From: Alphaproteobacteria bacterium
GTDB taxonomy: Bacteria > Pseudomonadota > Alphaproteobacteria > UBA828
DNA length: 64,000 nucleotides
Assembly (NCBI GenBank): GCA_965214705.1
Contig: CBDCCI010000001.1
Coordinates: 32,001-96,000, forward strand
Reading direction: 5' to 3'
The position numbers and the translations under genes were made by a program. Positions within the stretch are counted from its first letter, which is position 1. Each line of letters starts with the position of its first letter. Shown piece after piece: positions 59,619-64,000 of the stretch. The notes under the pieces were generated by a model that saw nothing but the letters and a program-made list of their open reading frames with translations, did no database searches and had not been told where the DNA came from.

Positions 59619-60845
59619 CTACGACGGCCCGAGGAGTTCCGCCGGCGGGCGCCGGAAGGTCATGCGTCCGCGCTTGAAGCCGTAAAGCGGCGGCGCAATC
59701 GCTGCCACCGCGTCTGCCGGATCGGTCGCGTCCAGCACCACGAGGTCGGCTGGGTTGTCGACCGCGATCCCGTAATCGTCAAGGCCGAGGATGCGGGCCG
59801 AGCGCCGCGTGATCATGTCGAAGCAGTCCAACATCTCCGACCGCGCGCCCACGTGGCAGATATTGGCGTAGAGGTTCGCCATGCGCACCAGCGAGCAATC
59901 GCCGAAGGGCGTGAACGGGTTGAGCACGTTGTTGGACGAGAGCGAGCAGTTGACGCCGCGGCCGAGCAGCCGGTGGGCGGGTGTGACCCCGCGCCGCACG
60001 TTGGCCTCGTCGCCCCGCCCCATGAGGAAGAGGTCGGTCGCGGGCAGCACGGTGCAGGCGACGCCCGCGTCGGCCATGCGATCCGCCACTTGCGCCAGGT
60101 GCTCGGGGCTTGCGGCCGAGAGCTTGGTGACGTGGCCGACCGTGACCCGCCCGCCGTAGCCGAAGCGCTCGGTCAGTCGGCAGACCTGGTCGAGGTCGAG
60201 CGCGTCCGCGCTTTCGCCGAAATCGAGGTGCATGTCGATATCGACGTCGAACAGGCGCGCAAGCTCGAATACGCGGTCGATCTGGCCGGCGGGGTCACTG
60301 TCGGTATAAGGCGCAGCACCGACCACGCGGGCGCCCCGTTCCAGCGCCTCGACCATCAGCTCGTCGGTGCCCGGATTGTTAAGCAGCCCTTCCTGCGGGA
60401 AGACGCAAATTTCCAGGTCGATCGCCCAGCGGTAGGCCTCGATCAACGGCAATACGCCGTCGAAGCCGCGCATGCCGATGCCGGGATCGACCTCCAGGTG
60501 GGTGCGCATGTGGGTGGTGCCTTGGGCAATACAGGCATCGAGCACGCGCCTCGCGCGGGCGTTCACGTCGTCGGCCGTGAACTCCCGCTTGACCCGCGCC
60601 ACCTCGTCGATGGCCTCGGCGAGGTCGCCCCGCTCCGCGCGGCAGCGGTCGAGAATGCAGGCCTTGTCGAGATGGATGTGGGTCTCGATAAAGCCAGGCG
60701 CCACTAGGCGGCCACCCACGTCGAGCACCGGCGCGTCGGCCTCGATCGTGGGCGCAATCTCGGCGATGCGCCCGTCTGCGATGCCGATGTCGAACCGGGT
60801 GCCGTCGCCGCCGGCGATCAAGGCACCGCGCAGGATTTGCTCCAT
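59619..60845 (-). CDS. Metal-dependent amidohydrolase (cytosine deaminase-like)
   Basis: ETHIHLDK, GTTHMRTH, FPQEG, DMHLD, GHVT, SNNV.NPFTPFG. Confidence 0.85.
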   Translation of the reverse strand: MEQILRGALIAGGDGTRFDIGIADGRIAEIAPTIEADAPVLDVGGRLVAPGFIETHIHLDKACILDRCRAERGDLAEAIDEVARVKREFTADDVNARARRVLDACIAQGTTHMRTHLEVDPGIGMRGFDGVLPLIEAYRWAIDLEICVFPQEGLLNNPGTDELMVEALERGARVVGAAPYTDSDPAGQIDRVFELARLFDVDIDMHLDFGESADALDLDQVCRLTERFGYGGRVTVGHVTKLSAASPEHLAQVADRMADAGVACTVLPATDLFLMGRGDEANVRRGVTPAHRLLGRGVNCSLSSNNVLNPFTPFGDCSLVRMANLYANICHVGARSEMLDCFDMITRRSARILGLDDYGIAVDNPADLVVLDATDPADAVAAIAPPLYGFKRGRMTFRRPPAELLGPS

Positions 60846-60887
60846 ATCCCGGCTCCTGCGCGTGCCCCGGCTCCCTCGCGGCGCGCC

Positions 60888-62600
60888 CTAGCGCAGCATG
60901 TAGCGCTGGGCGAGCGGCAGCTCGTCGGCCGGCTCGCAGGTCGCGAGCTCGCCGTCGACGCGCACCTCGAAGGTCTCGGGGTCGACAGTCACCTCCGGGC
61001 AGGCGCCGTTGTGCAGCATGTGGCCCTTGGCGAGCTTACGCGTGCCCTGCACGGGCACGGTGCGGCTCTCCAGCCCGAGGCTGCCGGCAACGTCGGCCTC
61101 CATCGCCGCCTGCGAGACGAAACTCAGGCTCAGCGCCTCCTTGGCCCGGCCGAAAGCGCCCCATTGCGGGCGCATCAGCAGCGGCTCGCAGGTCATCAGC
61201 GATGCGGCGCTGTCGCCCATCGCGGACCACACGATAAAGCCGCCTTTGATCACCAGCTCCGGCTTGATGCCGAAGAAGGCCGGGCGCCAGAGCACCACGT
61301 CGGCGAGCTTGCCCGCCTCCAGCGAGCCGATGTGGCGGTCGATACCGAAGGTGCGGGCCGCATTGATGGTGTACTTCGCGATGTAGCGCTTGATCCGCTC
61401 GTTGTCGCCCTTGGCGGTCTGTTCCGACGCGAGTCGGCCGCGCTGGCGCCGCATCTTGGACGCAAGCTGCCAGGTGCGGCAGATGACCTCGTTGATCCGC
61501 CCCATCCCCTGGCTGTCCGAGCCCAGCATCGAGATCGCGCCGATGTCGTGCAACACGTCCTCGGCGGCGATGGTCTGGGCCCGAATCCTGCTCTCGGCGA
61601 AGGCCACGTCCTCGGGCACCGCCGGGTTCAGGTGGTGGCAGACCATGATCATGTCGAGGTGTTCGTCGAAGGTGTTCCGCGTGTAGGGGTTGGTGGGGTT
61701 GGTCGACGACGGCAGGCAATTGGGCTCGCCGGTGATGCGGATGATGTCGGGCGCGTGCCCGCCGCCGGCGCCCTCGGCGTGGTACATGTGGATGGTGCGG
61801 CCCCTGATCGCGGCCAGCGTCTCCTCGAGAAAGCCGCTCTCGTTGAGCGTGTCGGTGTGGAGCTGGACTTGAAAGTCCATCTCGTCGGCGACGTCGAGGC
61901 AGGTATCGATGGCCGCCGGCATGGCGCCCCAGTCCTCGTGAATCTTGAGCCCCATGCAGCCGCCGGCGATCTGATCGACCAGCGAGAGAGGCTTGGCCGA
62001 ATTGCCGCGCCCGAGGAAGCCGAAATTGATCGGCCAGGACTCGGCCGCCTGCAGCATCTTGCCGACGTTCCAGGCGCCGCCGCAGTCGATACCGACGGTG
62101 ATCGGCCCGAGCGAGCCGCCCAGCATCGTCGTGACGCCGCTCGAGATCGCGTGCTCGCAAAGCTGCGCGCTGTCGAAATGGACGTGGACATCGATGCCGC
62201 CGGGCGTCGCGATCAGCCCTTCCGCATCGCGCACCGTGGTCGCGGCACCGCAGAGCAGCGCGGGGTCCACCCCGTCCATGACCGCCGGGTTGCCGGCCTT
62301 GCCGACACCGGCAATCAGGCCCTCCTTGATGCCGATATCGCCCTTGACGATACCCAGGACTGGATCGATGACGACCGCGTTGGAGACCAGCATGTCGAGC
62401 GAGCCGGCTGCGCTGTCGAGCCCGGCGACGAGGCCGATGCCATCCCGCAGAGTCTTGCCGCCGCCGTGCAGGCACTCCTCGCCTGGCACGCCGTGGTCGT
62501 GCTCGATCTCGGCCAAGAGCTCGCTGTCGCCGAGACGCACGCAGTCGCCGGTCGTGGGCCCGTAGAGCGCCGCGTACTCCGCCCTGCTCATCTGTGCCAT
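60888..62600 (-). CDS. ureC: Urease alpha subunit (divergent)
   Basis: [53 protein letters not shown]. Confidence 0.9.
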   Translation of the reverse strand: MAQMSRAEYAALYGPTTGDCVRLGDSELLAEIEHDHGVPGEECLHGGGKTLRDGIGLVAGLDSAAGSLDMLVSNAVVIDPVLGIVKGDIGIKEGLIAGVGKAGNPAVMDGVDPALLCGAATTVRDAEGLIATPGGIDVHVHFDSAQLCEHAISSGVTTMLGGSLGPITVGIDCGGAWNVGKMLQAAESWPINFGFLGRGNSAKPLSLVDQIAGGCMGLKIHEDWGAMPAAIDTCLDVADEMDFQVQLHTDTLNESGFLEETLAAIRGRTIHMYHAEGAGGGHAPDIIRITGEPNCLPSSTNPTNPYTRNTFDEHLDMIMVCHHLNPAVPEDVAFAESRIRAQTIAAEDVLHDIGAISMLGSDSQGMGRINEVICRTWQLASKMRRQRGRLASEQTAKGDNERIKRYIAKYTINAARTFGIDRHIGSLEAGKLADVVLWRPAFFGIKPELVIKGGFIVWSAMGDSAASLMTCEPLLMRPQWGAFGRAKEALSLSFVSQAAMEADVAGSLGLESRTVPVQGTRKLAKGHMLHNGACPEVTVDPETFEVRVDGELATCEPADELPLAQRYMLR

Positions 62601-62603
62601 TGC

Positions 62604-63299
62604 TCAAGCCCCCTTGAAGCCGCGGGCGCGGGCACGGGCCAGCGCCTCCTGCTTGACGCTCTCGGAGCGCCGCGAGCCCTGAGTGAGGTCGTTGAGCCCC
62701 ACCATCTCGCCGCTGCCGCCGAATTCGACCAGCGTCACCTCCTTCGTCTCGCCCGGCGCGAAGCGCACCGCCGTGCCGGCCGGGATGTCGAGGCGCATTC
62801 CGAAGGACGCGGCGCGGTCGAAGTCGAGATGCCGGTTCACCTCGAAGAAATGGTAGTGGCTGCCGATCTGCACCGGCCGGTCGCCGGTGTTGGTGACGGC
62901 GACCGTGGCGGTCGGCCGGCCGGCGTTGATCTCGATCTCCCCCTCCGCTGGGATGACCTCGCCCGGCCTAACGCTCTCGTCCCGCGCCTTCTTGCCGGGG
63001 CGGATCGGCTCGTGAACCGTGACCAGCTTGGTGCCGTCCGGGAAGGTGCCCTCCACTTGCAGCACCGGCATCATCTCGGCGACGCCGGGCATGACATCGT
63101 CGGTGGTAAGGATTGTGGCGCCATGCTCGATCAGCTCGGCTACCGAGCGTCCGTCGCGTGCGCCCTCCAGGATCTCGTCGCTGATCAGCGCCACCGCCTC
63201 GGGGTGGTTGAGGGCGAGCCCGCGCGCACGGCGCTTTCGCGCGAGCTCGGCGGCGGTATAGATCGTCAGCCGCTCCATCTCGGTCGGTGTCAACAGCAT
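62604..63299 (-). CDS. ureAB: Fused urease gamma/beta subunit
   Basis: MLLTPTE...LNHPEA...[14 protein letters not shown] joined to [17 protein letters not shown]...[12 protein letters not shown]. Confidence 0.92.
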   Translation of the reverse strand: MLLTPTEMERLTIYTAAELARKRRARGLALNHPEAVALISDEILEGARDGRSVAELIEHGATILTTDDVMPGVAEMMPVLQVEGTFPDGTKLVTVHEPIRPGKKARDESVRPGEVIPAEGEIEINAGRPTATVAVTNTGDRPVQIGSHYHFFEVNRHLDFDRAASFGMRLDIPAGTAVRFAPGETKEVTLVEFGGSGEMVGLNDLTQGSRRSESVKQEALARARARGFKGA

Positions 63300-63314
63300 C
63301 GTGGGCCACCCTGG

Positions 63315-64000
63315 TCAGTTGCTGAAGAGTCGGACCGCCGCTTCCTCGTGGCGGGCGGCGGCGACATCGGCGAGCGGCGCATAGGAGCGCGCTTCGTCGA
63401 GGCCGGGCGCCGGCTGCGCCAAGAGCGCTGCCATGCGGGGCCGGAGCCCGCGCAGCATGATCTGCCCGTCGAGGTGGCCGATCAAGCCGAGCCTGAGCGC
63501 GGCACCCAGGATCATCGCGCAGTGCCCGTGCAGACTCACCGCCTCGGCACGGGCGAGGGCGAGGCCGGCGCCCTTGAGCACCACGCCCTGGACCACGGCG
63601 AGATGGCCGTGCGCCTCACCGGCGCGAAGCCGCGCGCGATAGGCCTGGGCACCCGGCGTCTCCATGCGCGCGTGGACACCGAGCAGCGCGGCACCACCCT
63701 TGCGCGAGCCCTCGCGCAGCTCGCGCGGCAGGGTCATTGCCTCCTGCAGGGCGTCGATCTCGGCGACCGCCGGCCAGTCCGGGCAGGCTTGATGGGCGGC
63801 GGCAAGGAAGGCACGTTCGGCCGTGGCCCAGCGGTCCAACACCTGGTCGGTGAGGAACTCTTCGAGCGAAGCCGCGTCCGTCACGATCCCGTCGGCATGG
63901 AGGGTCTCCAGCCCGAGCGAGAACGACACCGCACCGCTCGGGAAGAAGCTGTCGCCGAACTGCAGCGCCGCGAGATCGGCCCCCGCGCCGGTCTCCGCCT
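63315..64000 (-). CDS. ureF: Urease accessory protein UreF (start outside the window)
   Basis: LQFGDSFFPSGAVSFSLGLE at the N-terminus; C-terminal HEEAAVRLFSN. Confidence 0.9.
   Translation of the reverse strand, partial: AETGAGADLAALQFGDSFFPSGAVSFSLGLETLHADGIVTDAASLEEFLTDQVLDRWATAERAFLAAAHQACPDWPAVAEIDALQEAMTLPRELREGSRKGGAALLGVHARMETPGAQAYRARLRAGEAHGHLAVVQGVVLKGAGLALARAEAVSLHGHCAMILGAALRLGLIGHLDGQIMLRGLRPRMAALLAQPAPGLDEARSYAPLADVAAARHEEAAVRLFSN

Overview
GC-rich alphaproteobacterial chromosome (Rhodospirillales-like by gene content; this is an inference). The left part holds a LysR gene cut by the window edge, two tandem tyrosine integrases, a porin, a sulfotransferase, an OMP, metF, ffs-dnaX-ybaB-recR, an isochorismatase, prmA, pepP and a glycosyltransferase. 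A ~34-kb probable island (16.9-51.2 kb) ends at tRNA-Ala(CGC). Inside it, a signalling/transport operon is split by six mobile elements whose ends I could map: an IS66 carrying a DNA adenine methyltransferase, two IS1634, an ISKra4, a tyrosine-recombinase + IS91-like HUH element, and an IS1111-type IS110 nested in that element. The island also has TbpB-barrel lipoproteins, GPP34, an orphan mreB and a P450. The right part holds panC, panB, hspQ, yqjG (split by a second, intact 2666-bp copy of the Int/IS91 element), a deaminase and a divergent ureF-ureAB-ureC cluster. The best novelty candidates are the Int/IS91 element with Helentron-like ends and TT targeting, the IS66-methyltransferase unit and the divergent urease. 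All calls come from reading the sequence; no searches were run.
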